Shown here piece after piece: positions 1 through 10,292 of a DNA stretch of 64,000 nucleotides (the stretch's first letter is position 1; each line of letters starts with the position of its first letter). A program made the position numbers and the translations under genes. Origin of the DNA: a virus; IMG/VR virus record IMGVR_UViG_3300034071_003115, positions 15,110 to 79,109 of that record; one strand, given 5' to 3'. The notes beneath the pieces were generated by a model that was not told the DNA's origin, made no database searches, and saw only the letters and a program-made list of their open reading frames with translations.

Positions 1-2
1 TA

Positions 3-3000
3 TTTGCAGTAATCGGAGACGGAATAAGGGCGATATCCGAGCTGATGAGGATAGACTTTGTCAGGGCCGCCGCGGTTGCGGCGCTTGCAATGAGGGGAAT
101 TGCCCTGGCGTTCAACACAAACCCAATTCTTCTTGGTATAACAGCCGTGATCGCTGCATTCGGCGTGCTCTCAAAGGAATATGCTCAAAACAGCGCGTTC
201 AGAGGAGTAGTTGACAACTTTGCGGTTCCAATGCAGGGGCTTGTTCGCGAAGTTCAGTCCAAGCTTGTTCCTGCCCTTCAATCCCTTGCGTCAGGTGCTG
301 GCGGTGCGTTCTTCGCTGAGCTGATCACTGGAATTACGCTTGTAATGCCGCTAATAAGCGTATTTATACGGCTGCTGAACATCTTCCTTGAGCTCCTTAC
401 AAGTATACCATTTGCAGTAGAGGCAATTGGGGCTTCTCTTGCGATTTTGGCAACCGGTAAGCTTTTTGGAAAACTTCTTTTTGGTTCCGCTGCAAAATTT
501 GGTCCCGCAGGAGAGCTTATCAAGGCACCTTCTGGCGGTGCACTTGGAGGCCTCCAGAAGCTCTTTGGCTCACTTGGTGCGTTTAGCGCAGGAACTGTTG
601 CCTCCAGACAGGCATATCAGATGGGCGCTCCGCTTGCCAACAAGGCAAGAACTGCGGCTGGTGAACTTAAGATTCAAAAAGTGGTCATGCAGAAGGTTGT
701 TGACCAGACCGGAAACGCTTTCAGCCCCGTTCAAAGACAAAATATTTCAGCAACAGTTGCAGCAGCGCAGGCGCAAGTTTCCGCAACAGCACAGACGGCG
801 CAGGGCGTAAGGAACCTTTCTGGGGTCGGTGGATCAAGACTTATTGGGGTTGCGGCACGGCAAGAATACATGTCCGGAGTCAGTGCCCTTGCAACAAGGG
901 ATACCCCAATAGCAGCCAGGCTGGCAGGTTTCGGCGCAGACCTTAAGTCTACTGGGGGATTCTTCAGGAATGCAGTAAGCGTCTTCAAGGAAAGTATCTC
1001 CACTTTTGCAAGGTCTATTGGCGGTGCCTTTGCGGGGCTTAGAGGAGCTTCTGCTTCGAGGGCTGCGGCAGTTGGATTGGCGGGCGGACCCCTAAGGCCA
1101 AGCATAGAGCGCGGAATCGGGGCATACCTCAGCACAAAAGGGGCAAAAAATGTTGTTCAGGATAGTGGTGGATTTGCTAACGCACTAAAGACTGGGGCGG
1201 GCGGACTTGCAGCACTAGGAAAGTCCCTGAAAGACGGGCTTGGACTGGTTGGTAAGTCTACCGTTCTTTTGACCGGCTTCTTTGCACTGTTTGACATTTT
1301 TGTCAACAAGGCAGATGTTATTAGGACGGCAATTTCATCTATAACATCCGTTATTGGCGGACTAGCTGGATTCCTGCTCGGGGGTCCAATCGGCGCCATC
1401 ATCGGCTCAATGCTCGGGTCAGCGGCAGGCGGAGTGATATCTGATGCCGTTGGAAGACCGCAATTCCAAGACGGAGAGGTTGCTGGCGAAGGCGTTGAGA
1501 TGGACATGACCCAGGCACAGATGGAGCAAGAAATCTGGAACAACGCATTGACAGACGGCAAGATGACGTTTGCCGAGATGGTTTCAATTGCCGAACAAAT
1601 TCCCCTTAAGGTTGACGACATTGTTACGTCATTCAAGGCCCTAAATCCGGAAATCGAATCAATAAATTTCGGAATTAAAGATGTTCTTGCTGCGCTCAAT
1701 GAGGCTGGCGGTTCGCTTAGCGCAGAAGAGGCGTTCACGAACGCGGCGGCACCTCTTGGCCTAAATACCAAAGAGATGCAGCAGAATATGGTTCTGCTAG
1801 ACAACATTCAATCAATGATTCAGAAGGTTTACGAAAACAAGCTTGCGTTTGAGTTTAAGACGCCAATCAGAAACGAATCGGGCGGAATAGTAAACAATCA
1901 GCTTGCAAATCTTGCCGCAATGAAGGCTCAGGCTGAAATTGTCGCCGCGGTAATGCAGGCTGGCCCGTTCACAAACGTAGACCAACTAAACCAAATGCTA
2001 GATACGCTTGCAAGCCGATTTATGGTAAGCAAAGAGCAGGCAGAGCAGTGGAATCTTCTCATCAATGGTGCTGAAGACTCAACTGAAGGCCTTTCAAGGG
2101 CAATTGAGAAGCTTAACGAAAAGCTTTCCTTCCTTAAGGCTAAGTTCAACATAGCATCCGGAGCCCTGCAAAACAGAATTCAGGCTCTGTTTGACAAGAG
2201 ATTCAAAGAGCAGCTTGAGAAGGCAAAAGAGGCGTTCCTTGCAACCCAGGAAGTCATTGTCGAGGGAACGACCTGGAACCTTAAGGCACTTAAGGACGAA
2301 ATTGAGGAGCAAGAGAAGAAGAATAGACTGCTCGCTGTTGAGAAAAGCCTTCGAGATGCAAATAGAAACATAGAAATGGCACGGCTTGCACTCTACGACG
2401 CATCTATTGATCCGCTTGAAGCTGCGGCAAGAATGCGAGAGGCCGAAGAGGCAAAGACTGATGCCGTAAAGCAGGCTGCGCTTGAGAGAAAGAGAATTGC
2501 CCTTGACGAGGCAATGGCAAGCGAACCGGTAACCAGGGGACTTGAGGAAATTGACGAGAGGTTTGAGGCGATGAGAATGAAGTTCCAGGAAGAGATGCAA
2601 AGAATCATGCTTCTCTTGGAACAAGGAAAAATTACAGGCGCAGAGGCAATTGCGAGAATTAAGGCCCTATACGGTCAATCGTTTGCAAGTATTGGCGACC
2701 TTGATGCGGAGCTTGCCGAAGATGCTGCCAATTTTGGGGAGTCATTCTTGGGGTCCTGGACAAAGACAATTGAAAAATTCATCAAGCTTGCAGATAAGAT
2801 TGCCAAGCTTGTCAAGAAAATCAAGCAGCTGCAAAACTCGCTTAACAACCCCGGAACAGGAGCCAATGACGATGACCCAGGAGGACAGTACACAACTCCG
2901 CCTGGGTCTGCTGGAAACGGTACATCAACGCTTGGCGGAAGGCCGTACGACAACTGGAGAGAGCATGGCGTCGGTGCTCAAATGGAAAAGCAGGTTGAGT

Positions 3001-3608
3001 CAGATGCCGCAGGGATGCAGGTTACCGCAAACAAGATGACTCTCGGTGCCCTAAGGCTGAGATTCATGACACTTTGGAAAGAAGTTCAAGATAGCGCAAA
3101 GAAAATGGCGCCAACAGGAATTTCTCCAACGGTTTGGGGGATTACACATTCAAATGCGCTAAAGATGTTCCTTGTTGGCACTGAGATGAGAAGGCTCTTT
3201 GCAACATCGATGAGCGTCGCACCGTCCTCAGCAGATTCTATACAGAAGCAGTTTGAGGTGCAGGTCACAAAGCTCAAGTCCACACTTAGCCCGCTTGGGA
3301 AGTATAACCCTGTTGCCGGTTTTGCAAGCGGCGGAACTATGATGGGCCCTGGTATATTTAGGGTAGGCGAGGCTGGCACGGAAACAATGCAGGTTACCCC
3401 GTATGGTGTCGCCAGGGTGTTCCCAAGGACATATCGACCAATACACGGCATTAGTGCAGCTGGCGGTAGCACATCCGGAGCGGTAAACGCAAGTGTTATA
3501 ATCAACAACCCAACTGTTAGAAGCGACCAAGACATCAGGAAGCTTGCCGAAGAAGTCTCAAGGGCCCAAAGGTCACTGTTGAGGTCGTCAGGCGTAGGAA
3601 GGATCTAA
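3..3608 (+). CDS. Tail tape measure protein (5'-truncated; frame open from window start)
   Basis: Long Ala/Gly-rich helical protein with hydrophobic stretches and coiled coil; C-terminal GFASGG...VGEAGTE motif typical of tape measures; followed by tail gene. Confidence 0.85.
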   Translation, partial: FAVIGDGIRAISELMRIDFVRAAAVAALAMRGIALAFNTNPILLGITAVIAAFGVLSKEYAQNSAFRGVVDNFAVPMQGLVREVQSKLVPALQSLASGAGGAFFAELITGITLVMPLISVFIRLLNIFLELLTSIPFAVEAIGASLAILATGKLFGKLLFGSAAKFGPAGELIKAPSGGALGGLQKLFGSLGAFSAGTVASRQAYQMGAPLANKARTAAGELKIQKVVMQKVVDQTGNAFSPVQRQNISATVAAAQAQVSATAQTAQGVRNLSGVGGSRLIGVAARQEYMSGVSALATRDTPIAARLAGFGADLKSTGGFFRNAVSVFKESISTFARSIGGAFAGLRGASASRAAAVGLAGGPLRPSIERGIGAYLSTKGAKNVVQDSGGFANALKTGAGGLAALGKSLKDGLGLVGKSTVLLTGFFALFDIFVNKADVIRTAISSITSVIGGLAGFLLGGPIGAIIGSMLGSAAGGVISDAVGRPQFQDGEVAGEGVEMDMTQAQMEQEIWNNALTDGKMTFAEMVSIAEQIPLKVDDIVTSFKALNPEIESINFGIKDVLAALNEAGGSLSAEEAFTNAAAPLGLNTKEMQQNMVLLDNIQSMIQKVYENKLAFEFKTPIRNESGGIVNNQLANLAAMKAQAEIVAAVMQAGPFTNVDQLNQMLDTLASRFMVSKEQAEQWNLLINGAEDSTEGLSRAIEKLNEKLSFLKAKFNIASGALQNRIQALFDKRFKEQLEKAKEAFLATQEVIVEGTTWNLKALKDEIEEQEKKNRLLAVEKSLRDANRNIEMARLALYDASIDPLEAAARMREAEEAKTDAVKQAALERKRIALDEAMASEPVTRGLEEIDERFEAMRMKFQEEMQRIMLLLEQGKITGAEAIARIKALYGQSFASIGDLDAELAEDAANFGESFLGSWTKTIEKFIKLADKIAKLVKKIKQLQNSLNNPGTGANDDDPGGQYTTPPGSAGNGTSTLGGRPYDNWREHGVGAQMEKQVESDAAGMQVTANKMTLGALRLRFMTLWKEVQDSAKKMAPTGISPTVWGITHSNALKMFLVGTEMRRLFATSMSVAPSSADSIQKQFEVQVTKLKSTLSPLGKYNPVAGFASGGTMMGPGIFRVGEAGTETMQVTPYGVARVFPRTYRPIHGISAAGGSTSGAVNASVIINNPTVRSDQDIRKLAEEVSRAQRSLLRSSGVGRI

Positions 3609-6600
3609 ATGGCTTCGGTAAGAGTACTGGTAAAGCTTAAGTACGAAGGAGAGACTGCTGCTTTTTATGACATTAGCGGCCGGGTCGATTATGAAAATCT
3701 TTCCTGGGAATCAAACAGCGAAGGCACCAGCGCTAACGCTCGAGTTCCGGTATGGACAATTCTTCCAAAGTCGTCAACCGAAGTATCCGGATACGCTGGG
3801 GCAACGTTTGCTGAAAAGTTAAACGCGGCGATAGCGGATGAGTCGTTCTTGATAGAGATTCCAAACAGGGCAGAAATCAGGATTGTTGATGTTGAAACAT
3901 CTCCAGACACTGCTTTGTTTGCCGGGATTATCACAAGAATATCTAGCAACCGACAGGGCGGAAGCATCATTCAGGATGTTGAGTGCGCCGACAATACCGC
4001 AATACTTGAAGAGCACGTTGTTGCCGACTACTATGCCCCAAGAGATTCCAGAGATATTGACGTAATATACGGTGGAACAACCACATACACTTCTTCCGCC
4101 TCGCTTCCCTCTGTGGTCGGGCAGATTGACGGGCTCTCGCTCTCGTCTGAGTCTACTGGTGGGAATCTATCCGACGGAACCTACGAGGTTCGAGCTCAGG
4201 CAAGAAACTCCACAATGACCGGCAGAGACTCCGCAACGCCTCAGTATGGACCGGTCACAAAGGCGGTTTCACTTGCGCTGTCTGCGGGAACAGGCACACA
4301 GAGGCTGAAGATAAAATGGAAAAACCCGGGATCTGCAGACAGCGTCAGGATATATGTAAAAAGAACGTCTGCCTCAGGATCTGGCACGCAGAATGTTGAA
4401 TATCTAGGCAAGACGGCAAACACACTTACATCGCAAAAGACGATTACTGCGGCAACAAGAACATCCAATGTTGTTGAGATAACAACATCATCAGCACACG
4501 GGCTTTCAGTTGAAGACCCGATTGTTGTATCTATTCCGCAAACGCCTGGGTTCTCTGTTGCCCAAACGGACTTTGCCCTTGTCAAAGCTGTTCCAAATAG
4601 CACAAAAATCACATACGACAGCGTTGGCGATGACGGCTCTGCGACCATCACTGGCGCGTATCTCACCTCTGGGGGATCAGCGCTTGTCGGATCTCTATCA
4701 ACCGTTGAATCCCCAACTGTTTTGACGAGCTCATCCGCGAGGGGCTGGGCCGATGGTGAGATATACACGGTTGGCGGAAACAACTACAGGCTTGGTGTTG
4801 GGGCAGACAACGTTCGTGGATGGCTGTATCCGATCTCAGTCTTTGGTGGGCTTTTCGATAACTCATGGGTTAGCGAAATCGGACTCGACACCAGCACGTA
4901 CGTTGAGGCCGTGGACACACAGTACAGGTTTAGTCCCTACTTCCAGGAGAGCGACACGCCAAATGCCGAGCAGTATGGCGGACGAACGATTAGAAACATA
5001 CTCGACTATATCTCCGAAAAGACTGGAGCCGAGTACTGGGTTGACAAGGGGTCGTTTGACGGGGGTGGCGCCTATTCTTGCAGGCTTCACTATCGTGCAA
5101 AAACACCAAAAGAGCTTGTCGTTAACGGGCTTTACGACGGGAATATCGACGGCTGGACCACCGCCTCAGGGTTTACAATTGGATCTTCAACGAGCGGCCC
5201 GTACGGGGCTGGGTACACGGTTACAAGCAGCACCTCGGGAACAGCGATATCAACAGCATCTGCAAACAGAATTCCGGTGGTCCATAACGAAGATTATTTT
5301 ATCTCTGTTCGCGCCAAGGCAAGCAATCACGTTAACAGGCTTGATGCCCACTACGCGTTTTATGACGCTTCAGGAACAGAGATATCAAGACACTCGATTG
5401 GAAACCTATATGCAGCTGGTCAGTGGGAGAAGCTTTGGAAAGTTGCACATGTATCAAATTCATCCGCGGCGTATATTGGATTGGTCGGTGAGTGCACAAG
5501 CAGCCAGAGCGGATCGGTAAGCTTCACTGACTGGAGCGTAATCAAGATCACTGGGGCTATGGGCTATGGGGACTTTGAGGATTTAAATACGTACACCATT
5601 CCGATCTATGAAATGGAGGTGCCAAGCAGCCCAGTAGAGTCCGGAAACACTGCTAACAGGCTGCACCTCTATGCCGTGTTTAGGACAAGAGACTCAAGCG
5701 GAAACAAAGTTGCACTAACGGATACGAGCGGCAATCCAGTTCAGTATGTCGACTACGACTTTGTGCCAGGAATCTGGGCGACAAACGGAAAAATTGTAGA
5801 GGCGGCAATTACCGACGAAAGGGTAGAAACGCTTGCCGACGCAGAGCTTTCTGCCGAGGGGTACTGGAAAGAAAACGGGCTGCCTATAGAGTCATACACG
5901 TTTGAGATGAGGCCGAGAAACGCGTCCGACTCAGTGTATCCAGTTCCTGAAGTTGGAGACGTGATTCCATTTATATGGAATACGATGGAAATTGCAAAAC
6001 CAATGATCGTAAAATCTGTTGCCGCAAAAATGCTTGGCATGGATATCGTCTATACAATAACCGTAGGTGGCGATGTAAGGCTGCAGAGAAGCGCTTTTAT
6101 CAGGCTTAGCGAGAGAATCAGGGAAATTGATGATGTAAATCCGGTCCCTCCAACGCCAGATATTCCTTCGGATTTAACTGTTTCCGCAAACGACAAATCT
6201 GTTGCTGTTTCCTGGTCTTTTGATGAGACTAGGGAAGTAAACAAAAAACTCGCCTCATTTGAAATTCAGCGGCAAGACGCGATATTTAGGGCAATCTCTG
6301 AGATTTCAAGAAGCGGGTCGACAGTAACTGTTACAACTGCCGTAAATCATGGCCTTGTAGTCAGTGACGTAATAAGAATTGACCTTGAGCCAACAGCAAC
6401 CAACATCATGGCGCTTGAGGGCCAGTGGTCTGTCGCCTCAACGACAACAACAAGCTTTACGTTTGCATCGCTTACAAGCGGAACAATTTCAACCACAAGC
6501 GTCAGCGGCTACGTCTATTACAATTTTACAGACTTTAGAACTGTTCAAAATACAAAAGCAACATATGTAAACGACGGCGGGCTAACAAACGCCCTTCAGT

Positions 6601-8612
6601 ATCGCTATAAGGTACGCTCACTCTCAAGCGACCTTACTGCAAGCTCGTTTACTGAAGTAAGCAGTCCAACAGAGCCAAACGAGCCGACGGTTACAGTTGC
6701 GGACGGGTCAATTACTGCGGAAAAGCTTGTATCAAGCCTCAAGGCGATAGAGATATTCAGCGGCCCGACGCTTCCGACCCTCCCGAGCGCCTCGTACACC
6801 GAAGGAACAATCGTTTACCACCTTGGCGGAACACCTCCAGGGCTGAGAAAGGTTGGCGTTGGCGGGGCGTGGGAAAACGCAATCGGGTCATCGGATGTCG
6901 TTGCAAACAGCATCACCGCAGGGCTTATTTCGACCGCAGGGCTGGACGCCTCGGTCATAAAGTCCGGCGCCCTGGTTATTGACTCAAGATTTGGAGTCGG
7001 TAATCTTCGGGATGTTTCCCATAAGGCTCAGTCGGGAACGACTGCAACGCTTACAACGACAGCCAATCACGGGTACTCTTCGGGAAATATCGTAAAGATA
7101 ACAGAGGTCGGCGCTCCGTTCAACGGAACATTTACAATCCTTGCAAGCCCAGCGCCCACTGCAACTAAGTTTTCATACACTGTCGGGACAAGCGCAACTG
7201 TTGCGGAGACAGAGGTTCTGCCATACGGGGCCTCTCTGGTCAATAGCGGAACAAATGCAATTACCTCAACGTATTTTACCGTCAGTAACACTGGGCAGAT
7301 TACCGCTACAAGCGCCAACATTAGCGGGGCCATTACTGCAACATCTGGAAGTTTTACCGGTGAAATTACTGCGGGCTCAGGAACAATCGGCGGATTTGAC
7401 ATCAATGCCTCATCGCTGACTGCCGGGTCTGGTTCAAGCGCGGTTGGAATGGCACCAGGGACGTTCCCATTCTTTGCTGGCAACGCAACCGCCGCATCTG
7501 CCCCGTTCAGGGTAAGCGCCGCTGGTGCCGTAACTGCATCGAGTGTCACTATTACAGGTGGCAGCATTACCGGTACATCTCTTAATATCACTGCTGCGGC
7601 AACATTTCAAAACAGGAGTTCCGACGGGACACTTTCGCCAGCTGTCGTGACAAAGGGGGACGGTACCCAGGGCGATGTCGCCGCAGCCAGCGGAGGAATT
7701 TTACACCTCGGGGCGACATCAGCTGCTTCCGCAGGGGCAGGTGGAACATTCACTTCAAGACTTCAGCTTGAAAACGGATTTGCCAACTTTAGAGGTAGTG
7801 TTGTTGAAGCCAAACGATTTGATGTCTACGAGTCGGATGCTGACGTTAGCGACGGCACGCGCCGAGGAACGATTCGCGGAAGCGACACCGTTGCTGGTCG
7901 TATCGTCGTTGAAAACACTGCTGGGTCTGGAAATGTGATCCTTTATGTTGATGGAGACATAGAGACAGTAAATAATGGGAGCATAACTGGAAACTCATTT
8001 CTTCAAACAAACGGCGTTAATACTGGGGATTTAGTCGGAGAGACTTATTCCGTGGGAAGTGGTCTAAATGGAATGTACGTATCGTCTGGCGGCGCTACGG
8101 CCATTAGAAGGACAAGCCTTACTGCCTCAGAACATGTTCTTCAGATAGTCAGGGGCTGGACGGGTTCTGCAACTACCGCTGTGAGGGCTATAGAATTTGC
8201 CAGATTTGCCGGAAACACCGGGGCGTCAGTGGTGGAAACTAGAGGCGGTATAAACATGGTCGGGGCAGGAAGTTCCCCTGTATTCACTACAGCGTCTGAC
8301 TATAGGCTAAAGTCAAACATAAGAAATGCAGAAGAAGAAATTGATTTTACATATATCATTAAGAACATACAGCCAAGACTTTATACCTATATGGACTCTG
8401 ATGAAAATGTACTCGGCTTCGTTGCCCACGAGCTTCAGCCCCACATTCCTATTGCCGTAACTGGATACAAGGATCAGGTTGACGAAAACGGAGATCCTGT
8501 GTATCAAGAGGTAATGGCGGGGAATACGCTTATTTACGTTATTGGGGCCCTTCGTGAAGCGATCAAAAAGATTGACCTGCTGGAATCTCGAGTCGCAGAA
8601 CTAGAGGGTTAA
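3609..8612 (+). CDS. Large minor tail / fiber protein with C-terminal intramolecular chaperone (peptidase S74-like)
   Basis: 1667 aa Ser/Thr/Gly-rich; three TxTT..HG....D repeats, FN3-like segment, C-terminal SDYRLKSNI...GFVAHEL...coiled coil. Confidence 0.8.
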   Translation: MASVRVLVKLKYEGETAAFYDISGRVDYENLSWESNSEGTSANARVPVWTILPKSSTEVSGYAGATFAEKLNAAIADESFLIEIPNRAEIRIVDVETSPDTALFAGIITRISSNRQGGSIIQDVECADNTAILEEHVVADYYAPRDSRDIDVIYGGTTTYTSSASLPSVVGQIDGLSLSSESTGGNLSDGTYEVRAQARNSTMTGRDSATPQYGPVTKAVSLALSAGTGTQRLKIKWKNPGSADSVRIYVKRTSASGSGTQNVEYLGKTANTLTSQKTITAATRTSNVVEITTSSAHGLSVEDPIVVSIPQTPGFSVAQTDFALVKAVPNSTKITYDSVGDDGSATITGAYLTSGGSALVGSLSTVESPTVLTSSSARGWADGEIYTVGGNNYRLGVGADNVRGWLYPISVFGGLFDNSWVSEIGLDTSTYVEAVDTQYRFSPYFQESDTPNAEQYGGRTIRNILDYISEKTGAEYWVDKGSFDGGGAYSCRLHYRAKTPKELVVNGLYDGNIDGWTTASGFTIGSSTSGPYGAGYTVTSSTSGTAISTASANRIPVVHNEDYFISVRAKASNHVNRLDAHYAFYDASGTEISRHSIGNLYAAGQWEKLWKVAHVSNSSAAYIGLVGECTSSQSGSVSFTDWSVIKITGAMGYGDFEDLNTYTIPIYEMEVPSSPVESGNTANRLHLYAVFRTRDSSGNKVALTDTSGNPVQYVDYDFVPGIWATNGKIVEAAITDERVETLADAELSAEGYWKENGLPIESYTFEMRPRNASDSVYPVPEVGDVIPFIWNTMEIAKPMIVKSVAAKMLGMDIVYTITVGGDVRLQRSAFIRLSERIREIDDVNPVPPTPDIPSDLTVSANDKSVAVSWSFDETREVNKKLASFEIQRQDAIFRAISEISRSGSTVTVTTAVNHGLVVSDVIRIDLEPTATNIMALEGQWSVASTTTTSFTFASLTSGTISTTSVSGYVYYNFTDFRTVQNTKATYVNDGGLTNALQYRYKVRSLSSDLTASSFTEVSSPTEPNEPTVTVADGSITAEKLVSSLKAIEIFSGPTLPTLPSASYTEGTIVYHLGGTPPGLRKVGVGGAWENAIGSSDVVANSITAGLISTAGLDASVIKSGALVIDSRFGVGNLRDVSHKAQSGTTATLTTTANHGYSSGNIVKITEVGAPFNGTFTILASPAPTATKFSYTVGTSATVAETEVLPYGASLVNSGTNAITSTYFTVSNTGQITATSANISGAITATSGSFTGEITAGSGTIGGFDINASSLTAGSGSSAVGMAPGTFPFFAGNATAASAPFRVSAAGAVTASSVTITGGSITGTSLNITAAATFQNRSSDGTLSPAVVTKGDGTQGDVAAASGGILHLGATSAASAGAGGTFTSRLQLENGFANFRGSVVEAKRFDVYESDADVSDGTRRGTIRGSDTVAGRIVVENTAGSGNVILYVDGDIETVNNGSITGNSFLQTNGVNTGDLVGETYSVGSGLNGMYVSSGGATAIRRTSLTASEHVLQIVRGWTGSATTAVRAIEFARFAGNTGASVVETRGGINMVGAGSSPVFTTASDYRLKSNIRNAEEEIDFTYIIKNIQPRLYTYMDSDENVLGFVAHELQPHIPIAVTGYKDQVDENGDPVYQEVMAGNTLIYVIGALREAIKKIDLLESRVAELEG

Positions 8613-8712
8613 GACTGGGCCTTGGCGTCGCAGAACTGGAGGGCTAGAAAAACCAGCCTTGCGCTGGTAAAATGACATAGCCTCAAATGGGGTTCTAGTT
8701 AGGGGGTTTCAG

Positions 8713-9336
8713 ATGAAGCTTAAGGTTAAGTCTCAGCTGGACCACGAGGAAAAGGGCGGAATTCTGGACGACTGCGGTCCATCCAGCGTCGCCGCTGCTG
8801 TTTCCTGGGTCTATCAATATGCTCCTGGCAAGGATTTCTCTGCCGCGGACGGAATCAAGGCAAAGGAGTCCGCAACCGGCCACAAGGACAAGCAGGGTGT
8901 ATCCGACAACGGATCGTCCCTTGGCGACCTTATCAAGACCGCCAAGCAGCTTGGTGCAAATGCCCGATGGGCAAAGGATTGGGCCGATGTCGTGAATAGC
9001 TGCAAGAAGGGCGCCGCGCTTGCCGTGTGGGTGCAGCAGCCGATTGGCTACCCGAAGGAAGTCGAAGTAAGCGCCTGGCATGCTGGCTGGGCGAGATACT
9101 GGGCAAAGAAGGACAAGTCGCACATCACCGCTGGCTATGGTCATATGACCTGCGCTGCGTGGGACCCCGTAGAGGGCTGGATGTGGGCGTGCCCAACGCG
9201 TTCAGGCAAGGGCAAGGAGCAGTTTGCGGTCAACGTGACCGAGGCGCAGCTCAAGGCTATTGCGGACTCCAAGAGGGTCTCCGGAGAGCACAACGCCCCG
9301 CCCTTCAAGCATGTCATCATCATTGAGAAGAAGTAG
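8713..9336 (+). CDS. Probable endolysin, C39-like cysteine peptidase
   Basis: SQLD...DCGPSS catalytic Cys motif and later GH; between tail genes and holin. Confidence 0.6.
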   Translation: MKLKVKSQLDHEEKGGILDDCGPSSVAAAVSWVYQYAPGKDFSAADGIKAKESATGHKDKQGVSDNGSSLGDLIKTAKQLGANARWAKDWADVVNSCKKGAALAVWVQQPIGYPKEVEVSAWHAGWARYWAKKDKSHITAGYGHMTCAAWDPVEGWMWACPTRSGKGKEQFAVNVTEAQLKAIADSKRVSGEHNAPPFKHVIIIEKK

Positions 9337-9351
9337 AGAGGATTTTGAATA

Positions 9352-9747
9352 ATGATTAAGAGCGCAATTATTTGGATTAAAGACAACACCGGAATCGACG
9401 AGATGCTCCTGGAGGCCGCCCGTGCCTTTATCGCAACCTCGATTGCCGTTGCTCTTGGTCTTGGCATCCCGCTTCTTGACATCAGCGGCGGCGACTTCCG
9501 AACGGTTGTTTCAGCTGGTCTGGCAGCGTGCCTACAGGTTATCGTCCGCGCCCTCAACCCAGAGGACGGAAAGTTTGGGGTAGGCAAGGCGAAGGCCGTT
9601 GCAGCCGAGAAGGCTTCCACGTCCCACATTCAGGGAACTGCTATCGATACCGACGGAGACGGAATCGCTGACGAGCTTGCAGGGAGCCTCGCCAATGAGG
9701 CTTATGGCTCGCTTGACGACGAGGAAGACACCAAGCCGCGAGTCTGA
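9352..9747 (+). CDS. Probable holin
   Basis: Two hydrophobic segments, RALNPED..FG motif, acidic tail, follows endolysin. Confidence 0.65.
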   Translation: MIKSAIIWIKDNTGIDEMLLEAARAFIATSIAVALGLGIPLLDISGGDFRTVVSAGLAACLQVIVRALNPEDGKFGVGKAKAVAAEKASTSHIQGTAIDTDGDGIADELAGSLANEAYGSLDDEEDTKPRV

Positions 9748-9794
9748 TATACTCGTTCCACGGCCAAATGGCCGAGAAAGGGACGGTAATTGAC

Positions 9795-9920
9795 ATGGCA
9801 GCAACTAAGAAGACAAAGAAGCCAGCAGCAAAAAAGGCTTCTCCATCGAAGAAGGCAGCGCCAAAGGCACCAAAGCCCAAGGCAAAGAAGGGCCTACTAG
9901 CCCGAATCTTCTCTCGATAA
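9795..9920 (+). CDS. Small Lys/Ala/Pro-rich peptide (41 aa; below ORF-track cutoff)
   Basis: MAATKKTKKPAAKKASPSKKAAPKAPKPKAKKGLLARIFSR*, AAAGGGA RBS upstream, terminator directly after. Confidence 0.7.
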   Translation: MAATKKTKKPAAKKASPSKKAAPKAPKPKAKKGLLARIFSR

Positions 9921-9925
9921 TATAG

Positions 9926-9960
9926 AAGACCCCCAGGGGAAACCCTGGGGGTCTTTCTTT
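9926..9960 (+). terminator. Intrinsic terminator
   Basis: AAGACCCCCAGGG-GAAA-CCCTGGGGGTCTT followed by TCTTT. Confidence 0.8.
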
Positions 9961-10049
9961 ATCCACACGTATGTTGAAAACTTTTCGTCTATTTGTTATG
10001 ATCATTTTACTTGGCCTGTATGCCAAGGTAAAGGTTGAAGGAGATGGAA

Positions 10050-10292
10050 ATGTCAGTTAGTGACATGCTAGATGAAATGCGCAAGGACTCCGCAAAGAAG
10101 GGCCCATCGTGCGCAATCGGCTTGACGTACACGCGTCTTGCCGTTCAAGAGCAAACCGCCTTCAAGGAGGCGATGAAAGACGAAACGATTCAGTCGACTG
10201 CGATCGCTCGCTGGCTGGGTCAGAAAGGATATTCCGTGAAGCCGCATACGATGTCTCGGCATCGTCGCGGTCAGTGCGGGTGTGAACGATGA
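10050..10292 (+). CDS. Small HTH-like phage protein ending HRRGxCxC
   Basis: AAGGAG RBS; overlaps the start of the phosphoesterase gene. Confidence 0.6.
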   Translation: MSVSDMLDEMRKDSAKKGPSCAIGLTYTRLAVQEQTAFKEAMKDETIQSTAIARWLGQKGYSVKPHTMSRHRRGQCGCER

